DNA from: Nymphaea colorata
Lineage: Eukaryota
DNA length: 64,000 bases
Reading direction: 5' to 3'
Assembly (NCBI RefSeq): GCF_008831285.2
Contig: NC_045138.2
Coordinates: forward strand, 21,576,001 to 21,640,000
The notes under the pieces are model-generated. The model was not told the origin of the DNA, searched no databases, and saw nothing but the letters and a program-made list of their open reading frames with translations. A program made the position numbers and the translations under genes. How positions within the stretch are numbered: position 1 is the stretch's first letter; every line of letters begins with the position of its first letter. Positions 56,501 to 64,000 of this stretch are shown here, piece by piece.

Positions 56501-57199
56501 ACTTGTCTTAGAGAATGCCTACTTGTTATTGGGCACTTCCTTTTTGTCTTTTAACATCCAAGATCCCATTACTACCAGCTAAATGTCGCTGTGTTCTGCG
56601 ATTCTTGGTTGGTTTGGGATTTTCAACTACAGCACCATACTTCAGAAACAAATGCACCGCTTGCACTTCCTTTTTGTCTTTTAACATCCAAGATCCCATT
56701 ACTACGAGCTAAACGTCGGTGTGTTCTGCGATTCTTGGTTGGTTTGGGATTTTCAGATACAGCACCATACTTCAGAAACATATGCACCGCTTGAAGCAGA
56801 CGAAGAGTACTCTAAAATTCAAATAGAATCAAGCTCAAGGACTTATCAACTAACGGGCTCAGTTACAAAGCTTGTGTTTACAAGCAAATGTCCAAGGAAG
56901 TGACTTGAAAAAGGGGAGGTAAGGTACGCATGTATTCTTCCGTATGCATTAAATCACAAGAACGAACGTCGACATTAAGCTTCGTTACTCTATGAAAACA
57001 TCCTGCCATTCAAATTTTATGGTACCGATCACAACAAGACAGAGAGAGAGAGAGAGAGAGAGAGATAAAATAACAAAAATGGATGACAAGGTTTCACCAA
57101 AGGTTACGAGAAAGAGAAGGATAGAAAGATTTACACACCAAGTTTCGCCCAGACGGTTCCCTCCCAATCTCTTTTGGTCCCCGAGCATCCAGCATCCAT
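15950..57199 (-). CDS. CHFR: CHFR-like E3 ubiquitin-protein ligase (FHA-like N-terminus, RING, Cys-rich region, C-terminal PBZ-type zinc finger), 15 coding exons, 463 aa
   Basis: Exons, all GT-AG, phases join without stops, 1392 nt total: 57139-57199, 54588-54735, 52530-52627, 51460-51521, 51282-51373, 51081-51204, 36657-36743, 35963-36056, 32921-33031, 29919-30019, 24745-24810, 24571-24658, 23277-23337, 17206-17269, 15950-16084. Peptide MDAGCSG...VWAKLVP...; [33 protein letters not shown]...[14 protein letters not shown]...[14 protein letters not shown]-terminus [32 protein letters not shown], recognised as the plant CHFR signature. Confidence 0.93.
17397..22698 (+). mobile_element. Full-length Ty1/copia LTR retrotransposon (copia-1, Ale/Retrofit-like) in CHFR intron 13
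   Basis: Identical 182-bp LTRs 17397-17578 and 22517-22698 (TG...CA); 5-bp TSD GGGAC (17392-17396 and 22699-22703); PBS TGGTATCAGAGC 17579-17590; PPT GAGGGGGAG 22508-22516. Confidence 0.98.
18277..22509 (+). CDS. copia-1 Gag-Pol polyprotein, 1410 aa
   Basis: Zn knuckle [14 protein letters not shown], protease DSGA, integrase HHCC plus [23 protein letters not shown] and YVDD, RNase H. Copia domain order (integrase before RT). Confidence 0.96.
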   Translation: MAENSKSEGSTNYKMAGNSFSYGTTMKLNGSNYEIWSRVFIMSVAGHRKKYIFEEDEPIEKKGIYAAWDEDNYIVMSWIMNSVESHIAPTIAYYTKAKDMWSFLRKTYSHATNVIKILQLEEELCNIRQGDQDLSQYFATLTAAYERLKALRPPCQHCYASHVETGMVAKFLSGLSSEYSVAKSQILTGSELPDLADTYNRLSRFAVTLSQTTHDIPVSALVISGGRGPSSFGGTRGRGTGRGAGRGRFQCSYCGKIGHLEDRCWDKHPHLRSNVSSGRGGGRITTSRGPSSSQATHSKTTISMVESSTDPSISMSYSLNLSKDEYDRVLAQRSGSTSASTSTNAAVVDSAFSVGAPTADPGMTWMIDSGASRHCCNQPQNFSSFVRFSTPQYVKLADGKLSPVLGSSDIYLPHLGTITHVLYAPQFPVNLISVKQLAIDLQCKVIFESDSCSFQDLPTGKMIGGGHEREGLYFLSIPVDVAASSVPSKPSPFQWHLRLGHPSVPKLRRMFPDIPASESFLCDACQLGKHTRSSFPSSQSPSSQSPFDLIHVDVWGPSRVPFRSCFRYYLVLVDDFTRVSWVFLLRERSEVICILQKFIKEIKTQFGFIVKNIRTDNALEFKSSILLQFYADHGIRPQYTCPHTSQQNGVAERKHRQLLNVARTLMLHSHMPAYFWGDAILTACYLINRLPSSSIQDRIPIQILYPGRSLFHLPPKVFGCTCFAHILGPNKSKLAAQAIKCIFIGYSANQKGYKCFDPVTKKDIISADVTFFESRPYFPPSSPSSSEMHAPIPLPIPPVSLESFPSSQPRSHEHFLEPPLVYTRRLGPSLNRPPASSQEVSSTDKTDSGLSDDYSAADLPIAIRKGKRQCTLHPISNSVSTAHLSTHLVQFDQALSSHVIPSSHHHALLDPRWRQAMQEEMDALLSRETWDLVDPPTRCDVVGSRWVFTIKYHSDGSVERFKARLVAKGYTQTYGVDFFETFSPVARLGTIRLIISLAVQREWPLFQLDVKNAFLYGDLSEIVYMQQPPGFERQGECSKVCKLKKAIYGLKQSPRAWFQKLTEVLSKCGFSRSQLDHSLFIKRGSAGLVILIVYVDDIVLTGENDQEIAQTKEFLQQHFVTKDLGQLRYFLGIEVARSNKGVVVSQRKYALDLLQETGLLGAKPATLPMNPRIHIHDDDSEPFDSRSYRSLIGKLLYLTVTRPDISFAVNKLSQFMEKPRKVHWDAALMIVRYLKSAPGKGLWFKKGECVDIEAYSDADYAGSVDDRKSTTGFCVFVGGNLISWRSKKQNVVARSSAESKYRAMAQTMAEMSWVRSLLVELDVSVNLPMKMYCDNKAATYIANNPVFHERTKHIEVDCHYIRDLVQGGIVSTIHVSSEDQAADILTKALPIGDFLRCCNKLSMIDIYAPA
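26500..29520 (+). mobile_element. Possible old gypsy (Athila-like) LTR relic in CHFR intron 10
   Basis: Strand composition flips to T-rich with many TTAGGG/TAGG motifs relative to the flanking intron; CCCTGTGGATTTGAACC near 29476 resembles a motif I recall from Athila LTR ends. No TSD or termini found. Confidence 0.35.
31227..31819. mobile_element. hAT-type MITE (CTATGTCAC family)
   Basis: CTATGTCACAT...ATGTGACATAG; TSD CTCAGAAT/CTCATAAT; GTACCC subterminal repeats. Confidence 0.88.
32388..32535. repeat. Tandem duplication, period 77 bp
   Basis: TACTTTTCTCTAGGTTAACATTG...GGAAATTAAC at 32388 and 32465. Confidence 0.92.
33211..35030 (+). mobile_element. Decayed, 3'-truncated Ty3/gypsy (chromovirus-type) remnant: putative LTR plus gag and protease
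   Basis: Frame-disrupted [17 protein letters not shown]...[15 protein letters not shown] (gag), [16 protein letters not shown] knuckle at about 34457-34504, [14 protein letters not shown] (decayed LIDSGSTHNF) and [11 protein letters not shown]. Multiple stops; no RT. Left boundary approximate. Confidence 0.85.
33348..33419. repeat. (TACA)n(TA)n microsatellite inside the gypsy remnant LTR
   Basis: Direct reading. Confidence 0.95.
35233..35853. mobile_element. Degenerate hAT-type MITE (CTAAGTCAC variant) containing a younger MITE
   Basis: AAGTCACATGGGT...CCCATGTGACTTAG ends; TSD not cleanly readable. Confidence 0.65.
35346..35518. mobile_element. hAT-type MITE (CAGGGGCGG family), 173 bp
   Basis: CAGGGGCAGAG...CTCCGCCCCTG TIRs; perfect 8-bp TSD TGTATACA. 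Confidence 0.9.
38209..38551. mobile_element. hAT-type MITE (CTATGTCAC family) nested in the PIF element
   Basis: CTATGTCAC...GTGACATAG TIRs; perfect 8-bp TSD GGCGATGC. Confidence 0.92.
39200..39502. repeat. Polypyrimidine minisatellite (CCTCCCTTCTT/CCTCCCTCGCT units) in the PIF element
   Basis: Direct reading. It is the source of the spurious low-complexity ORFs. Confidence 0.9.
43394..48726 (+). mobile_element. Full-length Ty1/copia LTR retrotransposon (copia-2, Ale/Retrofit-like) nested in a solo LTR within CHFR intron 6
   Basis: 240-bp LTRs 43394-43633 and 48487-48726 differing at one site (T43549 vs C48642); TSD ATGAT (43389-43393 and 48727-48731); PBS TGGTATCAGAGC 43634-43645; PPT 48478-48486. 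Confidence 0.98.
44143..48492 (+). CDS. copia-2 Gag-Pol polyprotein (first ATG at 44143; the ORF track starts at a GTG at 44110)
   Basis: [14 protein letters not shown] knuckle, DSGA, WHERLGH..CDVC, DVWGP/SDNA/ERKN, YVDD and RNase H DADWAG/SAEAEY/CDN/ADVLTK are all intact. The stop codon falls in the first bases of the 3' LTR. Confidence 0.96.
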   Translation: MADSSSSSVNTTLPDVVSARTDHVPVQVTTIQLTKENYSRWSAAITMGIAGRGRIAYVNGRKVEPAADSLAWDTWFLEDNQVKTWIVNSVSPDIQPLILRKKTARDMWIILEQMYGQKKRKVRVYQLMKDVYSLRQGALSVADFYAALKSKWEDLDYHSDIPWRCPHDQMQYMTDKWENRVFLFLSGLNDDFENIRSQILNSDESFSIEDVYSRVEAEEQRRLLSSGRKGEEQSAYVSRAPVGTPRSSRKCTHCKKLGHTRDFCWDLYPEKKDSRGRSSSGKKPVSSATSLSDGKGSISAEQIRELRAYLSKIDVGQADTPDEVKINQALAVSGGEGTSSMGEWIVDSGATHHMTGNPKLFHDYKLSSGKERVSLADGSFTSVAGKGSLSLLNNFLVHDALHVPHLSLNLLSVSKITKELKCELIFSEKRCVLQDLVTGKRIGIGLVSDGLYRLPIRVVTALMSAVSRTEKKEEECRQLFLFWHERLGHLPFGILKHLFPELCSSLNISMLSCDVCQFAKHVRASYPISNSRSNKAFSLVHSDVWGPSGIHSRGGFQYFITFIDDYSRCTFVYLLKDRSEVPHIIETFILLVENQYGNSVKTFRSDNAREYLCLTVEEFFRKRGIVHETSCSYTPPQNGVAERKNRQLLNVTRAILFQRHLPKYYWGDAILTSVYLINRMPSRVLKGRTPYSMLPGSSQPFHLPPRVFGCVCFIHNHSPNVKKLDPKSIKGVFLGYSSTQKGYKCLDPTTGRLHITKDVTFLEHVSYFGENSLQGEKLMSKEEYSPTQEIQFTDFMDYRREENPVAKVLGKDEDGKDEEGTTTDVHEQEKEGEHPLVTEQEGNRMFGQVYSRRRACTDKVIDDEVVTPNPNPTSSLDDPSRVQKQDVGKEKEDLPIALRKGVRSCTQHPIGNFVSYSRLSTDYKCFVSSLAVVVIPRNATEAQGDTKWSHAMKEEMEALDRNQTWEVVDIPEAAHLVGSKWVYTVKYKPDGSIERYKARLVAKGFSQKYGIDYLETFAPVAKMKTVRVIISLAVLKGWEMCQLDVKNAFLNGDLEEEVYMCMPPGFEKPGKCCKLKKALYGLKQSPRAWFERLRLVMKKHGYKQGNGDHTLFVKRRESKVTLLLVYVDDMIVTGDDKEEIARLKGLLSTEFDLKDLGKLKYFLGIEIARSGTTLVLSQRKYTLDLLKETGKLGCKPASTPIDAGHKLGSKDGELLGEEAKGRYQRLVGKLIYLTLTRPDITFAVNVMSQFMHAPTDVHLKAVDRILCYLKKNPGKGLLYVQQRSIEVEGYSDADWAGCVDTRRSTSGYCVYLGGNLVVWRSKRQDMCSRSSAEAEYRAVATGVSELLWLKILLTDIGIEIEGPMRMYCDNKSAINLANNPVLHDRTKHVEIDRHFIRERIDAKELTLPYMKSEDQTADVLTKALSVTPFERNVSKLGMFDMYAQLEGEC
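51598..52243. mobile_element. hAT-type MITE (related CTATGTTGCA family)
   Basis: CTATGATGCATG...CATGCAACATAG; degenerate TSD CCGACCGG/CCTACTGG; GTGTC subterminal motifs. Confidence 0.7.
53270..54110 (+). mobile_element. Highly decayed copia remnant in CHFR intron 2
   Basis: PBS-like TGGTATTAGAG 53486-53496; gag-like relics (QYLWGYA, KTAKEL); GGAG-TGTTA PPT/LTR-like junction at about 54094-54102. Boundaries approximate. Confidence 0.55.
56533..56792. repeat. Tandem duplication, 2 x 130 bp, CHFR intron 1
   Basis: GCACTTCCTTTTTGTC...ATGCACCGCTT starts at 56533 and 56663, with a few substitutions. Confidence 0.93.
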
Positions 57200-57959
57200 C
57201 TCGCTCTGTCTCTCTCCCAACCACGCCGATGGAAGTGTAAGGCCACTACCAACGCTTTCTTATGCCGCTTGGGTACCACCAACGAGATGAACGATGAACA
57301 ACTAGAAGTTGTTCAGGCGGTTGAATGGGGAAAAGGGGAGACAGCAAAGGAACCGAGGAGACGGGTGTACAGCGGCAAAGCAGGACGTCTTTATTCTGGC
57401 TTGTTTTGATGGAACTTTTTGAAACATTAGCTTCCGATGGAAGAAAACCCGCGCGGGAGCGGTCCAACCTCTTCCCCGCCCAATCTTATTTTTTTCTCAT
57501 TTTTCTGATTATTTGACTGCGCTTTCTAGTGATTATCACCTCCTAATGAACAGTGATTTTTACGAGCTTTTTTTCTTTTTCTTTTTTTGGTACGAGGAAC
57601 TCCACTCGCATTCTTCCCCTCCCAATGTTAATTTTTTTTTCTCATTTTTCTGATTATTTGACTGTTCTTTCGAGCGATCATTACCTCGTGGGAAGCTTTT
57701 TTTTTTTTTTTTTTTTTTTACGAGCTGTTCTTTCCATCTTATCTATTTTACCAGGAACTCCCCACTATGATAACTGGGCCGGTAACAGTTATTGGAGTTA
57801 GAGATTTGGCTCGATAATTTATTTATAATATTATTTTATTTAAATATTATATATAATTTATTGTTATTATTAATTATATTATATCTATATATATATAATT
57901 GTAATGAGGCCCAGGCCGTGCAGTCATGCTCCTCAAAACCTAGTGGGGAGATCCCGTTA

Positions 57960-59830
57960 TGTTCTCCTCCTCATGTTTATCATAATATTGCGGTATTTTC
58001 ATACAAACATCTTTGTGTAAATCACCATGCAAAAATGTGTAATTGACATCCATTTGGAACAATATCTAATCAAGTGTCGTTGCAACTATTATAAGAGTTA
58101 GAACTGTGACAATTTTGGTGCAAACGTTTGACTGTAAACTAATCCTTGTTGTTGAGAACATCCATTTGGATTTAAATCTTGATTTGAATAAAGATAAGGT
58201 CGAAGGAATAGAAGCGAAAGGTATATACTGCAGAGTTAACTGAGAGGCCGACTGGTTCTTTACGAGTGACATGATTTTATGATACCGCCTGAGCCACATT
58301 CTTAGCCTTGATGTCTACTACTTGAGGGGTTTGGAGTTTGGACTGCCAGTGGATAATAAGATGATTAGAGGATTTCATATCATAAGATGTTGCAATCACA
58401 ATCAATAGTTTGAAGTTCATATAATAGAGCTAAGTGAGCAGGTGGATGCCCTATCAATTTGCAGCATTTCTCCTTTATATGGCCCATCCTTTTGCAATAA
58501 CTACAAATTGGGTGACTGGATCTGCTTCTTTGGAAACAATTCTGCTGATACCAGTTGTGTTTTCTCTACGAGGCACTTTAGACTGATCATGGCCATTGTC
58601 CATTGTGTATGGCTACCATAACATTTGTTGAATCTCATTATGCGGCTGAAAATCGGGTCTCATGTTGCTTTTCCTCCTACAATATTAAGAGTATAGACCT
58701 TGGCAATATTCGGTAATAATTCAAGCAACAAAATTTGACCATGTATTAACATATATGTATCATTCAGGCCCCATCAAAAATTGAATAACCATTTCTGATC
58801 TTTGAATGTGATCTAAATATGCTTTTATAATACCACACATGCAATAGAATAAGAACTTATTTCATCCAGTGGAGAACCTGAATTTTCTGATTTAAGGGAC
58901 ACTCTAAGTTTAAATGTCAAACTTTAAGGAGCACTGATAAATAAGAAACTGAAAATTAATTATATATATATGTATATTTATATATTTATAAAGTAAATTT
59001 TATGGAGTGGTGTTGTCCACACTAGCTCCGCCACTGAATTCATCCCCACAAGGATTCAATTACTAATAGGCATCAACGAAAAGTGTATTCTGCTGCAATC
59101 AAACAATGGAAGATTGAATCTGATAAGTTCTCGGTGTCAAACTTTGAGTGAAACGATACCACAAGTCTTTCTGTACTTCACTAGCTTTAGTAGCATAGAT
59201 AACACTATTAGATATATTCTTAGACTATTAGATATATTCTTAGAAATAGAATTCAAGAGGCAAGATAAAACCATATTATTGAAATGGACTCATATACCAC
59301 AATCAGGGTGATCTTTCTTAGGTCAGTCAGTGAACCATTAGCAAATTCCAATTTATTTTTTACTAAAAGAGCCATTGACATGGCTTTACTCCAAGTTGCA
59401 TGGTTACAACCAATAAGGAGCTGAGATACAAGGACATTGCCTAGATTGTCAGAATGATGAATAGAGAAAGTGTTCGATGTTACTTGATTTTAATCGACGT
59501 TGGAGTCACTTCGTCCATATTTTTTGATTCCCCACTTTCATTTCTTCAGCCATAGCATTAATGCTCCGATACCATGAGGAGAAGTGCACACGGTGGAAAG
59601 GGAGAACACTTAAAAGTAGTATTTTCTTACGGGTTTTCATTATACTGGAATGGAGAATATGTACACACATTACAACACTTTACATAATTTAAAAAATGAG
59701 ATTGCAAGGATATTCAAGATCACACTTTACATGAGACTTCATTTATGGAAGAGATTTTGAGACAATGAGATAATGAGCTACAAGTCATCTCATCCTGATT
59801 TTAATCAGCAGCAATTATCTTCAACAATTA
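57960..59830 (-). mobile_element. Decayed, internally deleted Ty1/copia between CHFR and DUF247
   Basis: Reverse PBS GCTCCGATACCA 59563-59574; gag relics FSIHHSDNLGNVLVSQLL, ATWSKAMSMALLVKNKLEFANG and MVLSCLLNSISK; RT relic LFQMDVNYTFLHGDLHKDVCMKIP at about 57990-58065. Outer LTR boundary approximate. Confidence 0.85.
58867..59036. mobile_element. hAT-type MITE (CAGTGGCGG family) nested in a decayed copia
   Basis: CAGTGGAGAACC...GCTCCGCCACTG; TSD ATTTCATC/AATTCATC. Confidence 0.75.
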
Positions 59831-60849
59831 TCAACTTTCAAAAAATCATTTTACGTAGTATATACAGATTGTAGGAATAGTAAACTTTGCAAACGAATCG
59901 ATGATTCCTTGACCAATGGTTATGATTCAAATCTAATAGTTATGATAATTGATTTGTTTGGTATGCCGGTTGACGTATAACAGTATATGTCTTCCAAAAG
60001 TTGTCGGTGTCCAAGAGAGTGAGTATCACCATAAAAGCTATCACTCTATCAGAACTCAAAAGCAACTGTATAGAAGTTAGTCAAAATGATTTTGAAATTG
60101 GATATTTCTTGAAGCATATATATGGTATGCTAGTTGGTGTTCTTAATCGTTTTCTTGAATTGAAATGTTTGATTGGATTTGAGCCCCTAAAATCTAGAGG
60201 AAATACTCTCGGCATCTAGCTTTAAAGAATTATTCTGTGATAGATCTTCTTGGGGAAAAATTTGCTTGTTAGACTGTTGTCCTGCTGTTCATGAGGTGAT
60301 TGCACTTCTAACGCAACCCTTCCCCCTGGCTCCACTTCTGAATGAGCAACCACTTAGTATTGTGTTTGTTTGTTCCCATGATTTGCTGCCTTATTTTCAT
60401 ATTGATTTGTTCTTTCTTATATAGCAAGACAGACCTATCTCCGGTCAATATTGTATCAGAATTAAAAGTTCCGGCGAAGTGTCGGGATTAAAAGTCGGTG
60501 ACGGTTTGTTATATATAATTAACATAGCGGTATATATTTGGTAGAAAGAGGCCTCGACTCATTTTGTCAACAGAGATGAAGTAACAATATTATAAAGCTT
60601 CCAATAACCACTCATGCATTACAAGGACAATCACTTGCACTATATAGTGCAACAATCCAACTTTTTACTCACAAAAATCATAATTTAAATAAATTAAAAG
60701 CCAGACTCCAATCACTCAAACATTATTAATCTTCACTTAATAGCCACGATACACTCACTGAAGAAGTCCTTCAATCCTTTTTTTTTTTTACTTGTATTTT
60801 TTTTCATGGTAGCAATCCTTAGAGGGGCATGAATTAGGCAGGTGGGACA

Positions 60850-62334
60850 TCACTTGCGATGCCTTGCATACTCCAACACAGCAAACACCGCCACAAAAAA
60901 TGTTAAAATTAGCAAGACTATGGCAGCAAACACAGAGAGAATTGACCACGGGTTCTTGAAGTAGTGGTGCTTCAAATTTGCTCTTGCTGCATTCCAGTCG
61001 GAGGCAACATAGGCCCGCAATTGCTCCTGGAGATCGTCGTCTGGCCAATATGTAATGCCATCGGCCAAGTTGTTGAAGACTGCGGCAGCATCCTCATCGC
61101 TCCCAAGTTGGTTCCTTAGGACCCCTTGAGAGCTCAGCAGGCTCACGTCCTCGGCAGTGTCTATCAAATTGTACATGAAGGCTATATATGTCGTTACCTT
61201 ATGAAGTTCTGATGGATTTAGGTGCATCCGCTCGAACGCAATCAGGTTCATATAGATCGGTGCCGTGTAGTCATCCATGTCGATGTATGGAAGAGTGAGC
61301 ACCCCATTTCCTTGATCAAAAGTGATTTCTAGCCCACTATCAGTTCTCTTCCTGAACTCAATTCCTGCTTCATGAAATCTCGTTGCAGATCGCACATATC
61401 CAGGTTCAGGAATTGGTCTGGTCAAAAGCCTAAAGATGAAGATGGGAATGGCGAGGCAAAGATGCCAAAGTCCCTTGTGGACGACATGCATACATAGTTG
61501 ACATTGCGACCAAACAGATCTGATAAATCCTTCTGCTAAATGGGGTCTATCTTCTTCCATTGCGCCACCAGTTATTAGGCGCCTCCTGTACACATCTAGA
61601 ATATGCAAACTAGGTCCACCAAGCTGAGAGTTTTCGAACCCATAATGCCTAAAAATCAAGGAATTAAGATATTCATTGTGGTTCACGTTTGGCGGGCTCT
61701 CCATGTTGCTTGCCTCGACCTTGAGCAACTGTATTAGAACAGGAAGAGGGATTTGGTTTTCTATCAGCAACATGTCATGCTGAATGACAGAATATGAGAG
61801 CTTCCCATTTGGGCTGAATACAGGATCATAAAGCGCCGGACCGCCTTGATTTGGGTCTCTGGTGCGTAGGAGCTCAAGTATGAAACAGCCATCGAGCAAC
61901 ATCATTCTTAGAAATGAATCCATTGACAAGTTTGAATAGAGATTGTCATAGCTGTCCCAGAGTTCTTGTTGTATACGCTTCAGCGAGGCAACGAAACGAG
62001 AGAGTGGACGCGGGCGCACACTTCTGTTGAGGATCCTATGGAGAGCTCTCTCCTTGTGATGCTCCATGGGCTGCAGGTGCTCCTCCCCATGGTGGTAGGG
62101 ACCAAAGGATGCCATGCAAGGAGTGCGGTACCTGGACACGCCTGATGCAGCGGCAAGGTCGTTCGGCCATTTGTAGACGGAAAAATTACCCCACTTTGAG
62201 GCATATTCAGATGGATCACTTGACTCGAGTTTTTCCTTTAAGTCGACTACCCATGTGAGGTTTTCCGCCACCCGCATCTCCTCCTCATTCGCTATTTCCG
62301 ATGTTCCGGCATTTCTTTGGGTCATGGCCTCCAT
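60850..62334 (-). CDS. DUF247 / UPF0481 family protein, intronless, 494 aa, C-terminal membrane anchor
   Basis: Open ORF with family motifs SFGPYHHG, LxPMExHKxR, FLRMMLLDGCFILE, HDMLLIENQIP, SATRFHEAGIEF, GVLTLP, NLIAFE, LIDTAEDVSLL, LGSDEDAA and YFKNPW followed by a hydrophobic helix. Confidence 0.93.
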   Translation of the reverse strand: MEAMTQRNAGTSEIANEEEMRVAENLTWVVDLKEKLESSDPSEYASKWGNFSVYKWPNDLAAASGVSRYRTPCMASFGPYHHGEEHLQPMEHHKERALHRILNRSVRPRPLSRFVASLKRIQQELWDSYDNLYSNLSMDSFLRMMLLDGCFILELLRTRDPNQGGPALYDPVFSPNGKLSYSVIQHDMLLIENQIPLPVLIQLLKVEASNMESPPNVNHNEYLNSLIFRHYGFENSQLGGPSLHILDVYRRRLITGGAMEEDRPHLAEGFIRSVWSQCQLCMHVVHKGLWHLCLAIPIFIFRLLTRPIPEPGYVRSATRFHEAGIEFRKRTDSGLEITFDQGNGVLTLPYIDMDDYTAPIYMNLIAFERMHLNPSELHKVTTYIAFMYNLIDTAEDVSLLSSQGVLRNQLGSDEDAAAVFNNLADGITYWPDDDLQEQLRAYVASDWNAARANLKHHYFKNPWSILSVFAAIVLLILTFFVAVFAVLEYARHRK

Positions 62335-62471
62335 AGGGTCAGTTATCAGGGGCAGGATACTTGTCTAAACCAAGCAATACAAACTTGTATACCAAACTAC
62401 CATAGAAAAGTGGAGAATTAAGCAAGAAAGATCGATCTTAATTTCTTGTGATGAAGAAGGCAAAACTAAGC

Positions 62472-62545
62472 GATATATAAAGAGCTCGCTCGTCAACATC
62501 TCCTCATTTCTTTTTACAAAAGAAAGTAAGTGACTAGTTGACCCT
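62472..62545 (-). promoter_or_regulatory. Putative DUF247 core promoter: TATA-like box and W-box
   Basis: TTTATATAT on the minus strand about 140 bp upstream of the ATG; TTGACC at 62538-62543; further TGAC cores nearby. Motif match only. Confidence 0.45.
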
Positions 62546-64000
62546 GGATGGCAAGAATATTCCTGTCAAAACTAGGTTATTAAACAAAGTTAAGAATCCG
62601 CTGGCCTGATGAAGATGAGCTTCACCAGCATTGGACGGTGTTTTCTTCTCTTCATTTTATTCGTGCTTATTAGCTAAACAAAATTTGATTTTGTTAGCAA
62701 ATCAAACACAACTGACATTACAAAATATGAAACAGGTTACGTGCACACCATAAAGTTTTGCACATGGGTATGTAATAACCAAAATATCTCTAAGAAAATT
62801 TAAAAAAGAAGGTTTTTAAACGGAGAAAAATTCGTTATGGAAAAAGTTAATCTAAAATATACATTTCTTAAAAAAAAAACATAAAATACCCCTGCCCACT
62901 TCTTTTGTGATTGGTGTACATTTGTTGCGTGTACACTCCGGTGCAAACAACTGGATCCCCCACAAAATAGAACAACAATGCAAGTTGGCCCGAACACTCA
63001 GTCCCGCGTTCCACCTTGGACACCGGACTGTGTGATGAGGGTTACTTTCATCCTTCTTAAACTCACTTTTGTCCTTATAACAGAGAGGTGCTTACTCTTT
63101 ATCATGAAGGGTATTTTCGTAATTTTGTATCAAGCTTATAAAGCCCTAAGAGAAGAAAGAAGATCTCTAGTTTAAAGTTACCATTTTTTGGGACATTCAT
63201 AAGTGTTCACATGGTTGGTTAATCGAGTGCAAATTTACCACTTGAAATTATCATTTGGGACATTCATAACTGCTCACATGGTTCGTTATACAATATCAAA
63301 ATGCCGTAAAGTTTTGATAGGAAGTAACTTTTCTGGCTACTGATCTCAATGACTATGAAAGAGGAGAACCCTGATAAAGCCACCAATTAACGAAGGATCC
63401 AGGAGTTACCATACGCATTTATCGAACATTGGAAGTGGGTAGATCACCAAATGAGGAGGATACCAACAAGACAGACAGTTGTATTTATCAAAACAGAGAG
63501 AAGAACTCTGAAACCGATGTAAATATAGCTTCTAAATCTAAAGGAAATGTACAAAATCAAAATCTAGACCTCACCCAGTTTTAATGGAACCTCTGTGTCT
63601 CGTAAAGGATTGACGGGGGAATCTTGAGGTCCTCATTTCTTTGTACAAAAGAAAGTCATGGACTAGTTGACTCTAGGATATGGCAACAAGAATATTCAGT
63701 TTCCAGACTAGACTGTCGAAAGAGATTGAAGAATTTTGCCAGCCTGAAGATAATTCCTTCCCCTTTGTTCTTCTTTTCAGAAAGCAAAATTTGTTGGAAC
63801 AGGCAAGCCACGAAACAGTGACGAGCTCCTGGGTTTGTCTACAAGGTGTGAAGAAGCTAGAGACAAAACTACCTTTCTCTGTCTTCATGCCGTTATTGAC
63901 GAAACATTAAGGGGCACTTGATATATCCAGAGTCATGGAATTTTAGAATCAAAATGCTCATTTTTTAAGAAACTAAAATTATTATACACACGTCCTATTT

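Noticed and set aside
57440..57500. E2F-like sites in the CHFR promoter
   Set aside because: GC-rich near-matches only (AAACCCGCGCGGGAG, TTCCCCGC); no canonical TTTSSCGS.

Overview
Flowering-plant nuclear DNA: AT-rich, GT-AG introns, no prokaryotic features. Three host genes lie on the minus strand. (1) The 5' seven coding exons of a NIPA-family Mg2+ transporter (1267-7610; the gene continues off the left edge). (2) A complete 15-exon CHFR-like E3 ubiquitin ligase (FHA-like region, RING, Cys-rich region, C-terminal PBZ-type finger; 463 aa assembled by hand, 15950-57199), almost invisible in the ORF track because 1.4 kb of CDS is spread over 41 kb. (3) An intronless DUF247/UPF0481 gene (60850-62334). 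The CHFR introns hold two very young full-length Ty1/copia elements, a ~2.9 kb gypsy-type solo LTR, decayed gypsy and copia remnants, a PIF/Harbinger-type element with an internal foldback, and many hAT-type MITEs, several nested with readable TSDs. Most notable: both copia elements carry a predicted protease-spanning intron that would give a short Gag ending in a shared E(D/E)DW tail read from an overlapping frame; there is a three-level nest (copia in solo LTR in MITE); one young copia has an E-to-K change at an RNase H catalytic position; and every intronic LTR element that can be oriented is antisense to the host gene. I do not see a wholly new biological system. The findings are notable instances of known or plausible transposon and host-gene mechanisms.
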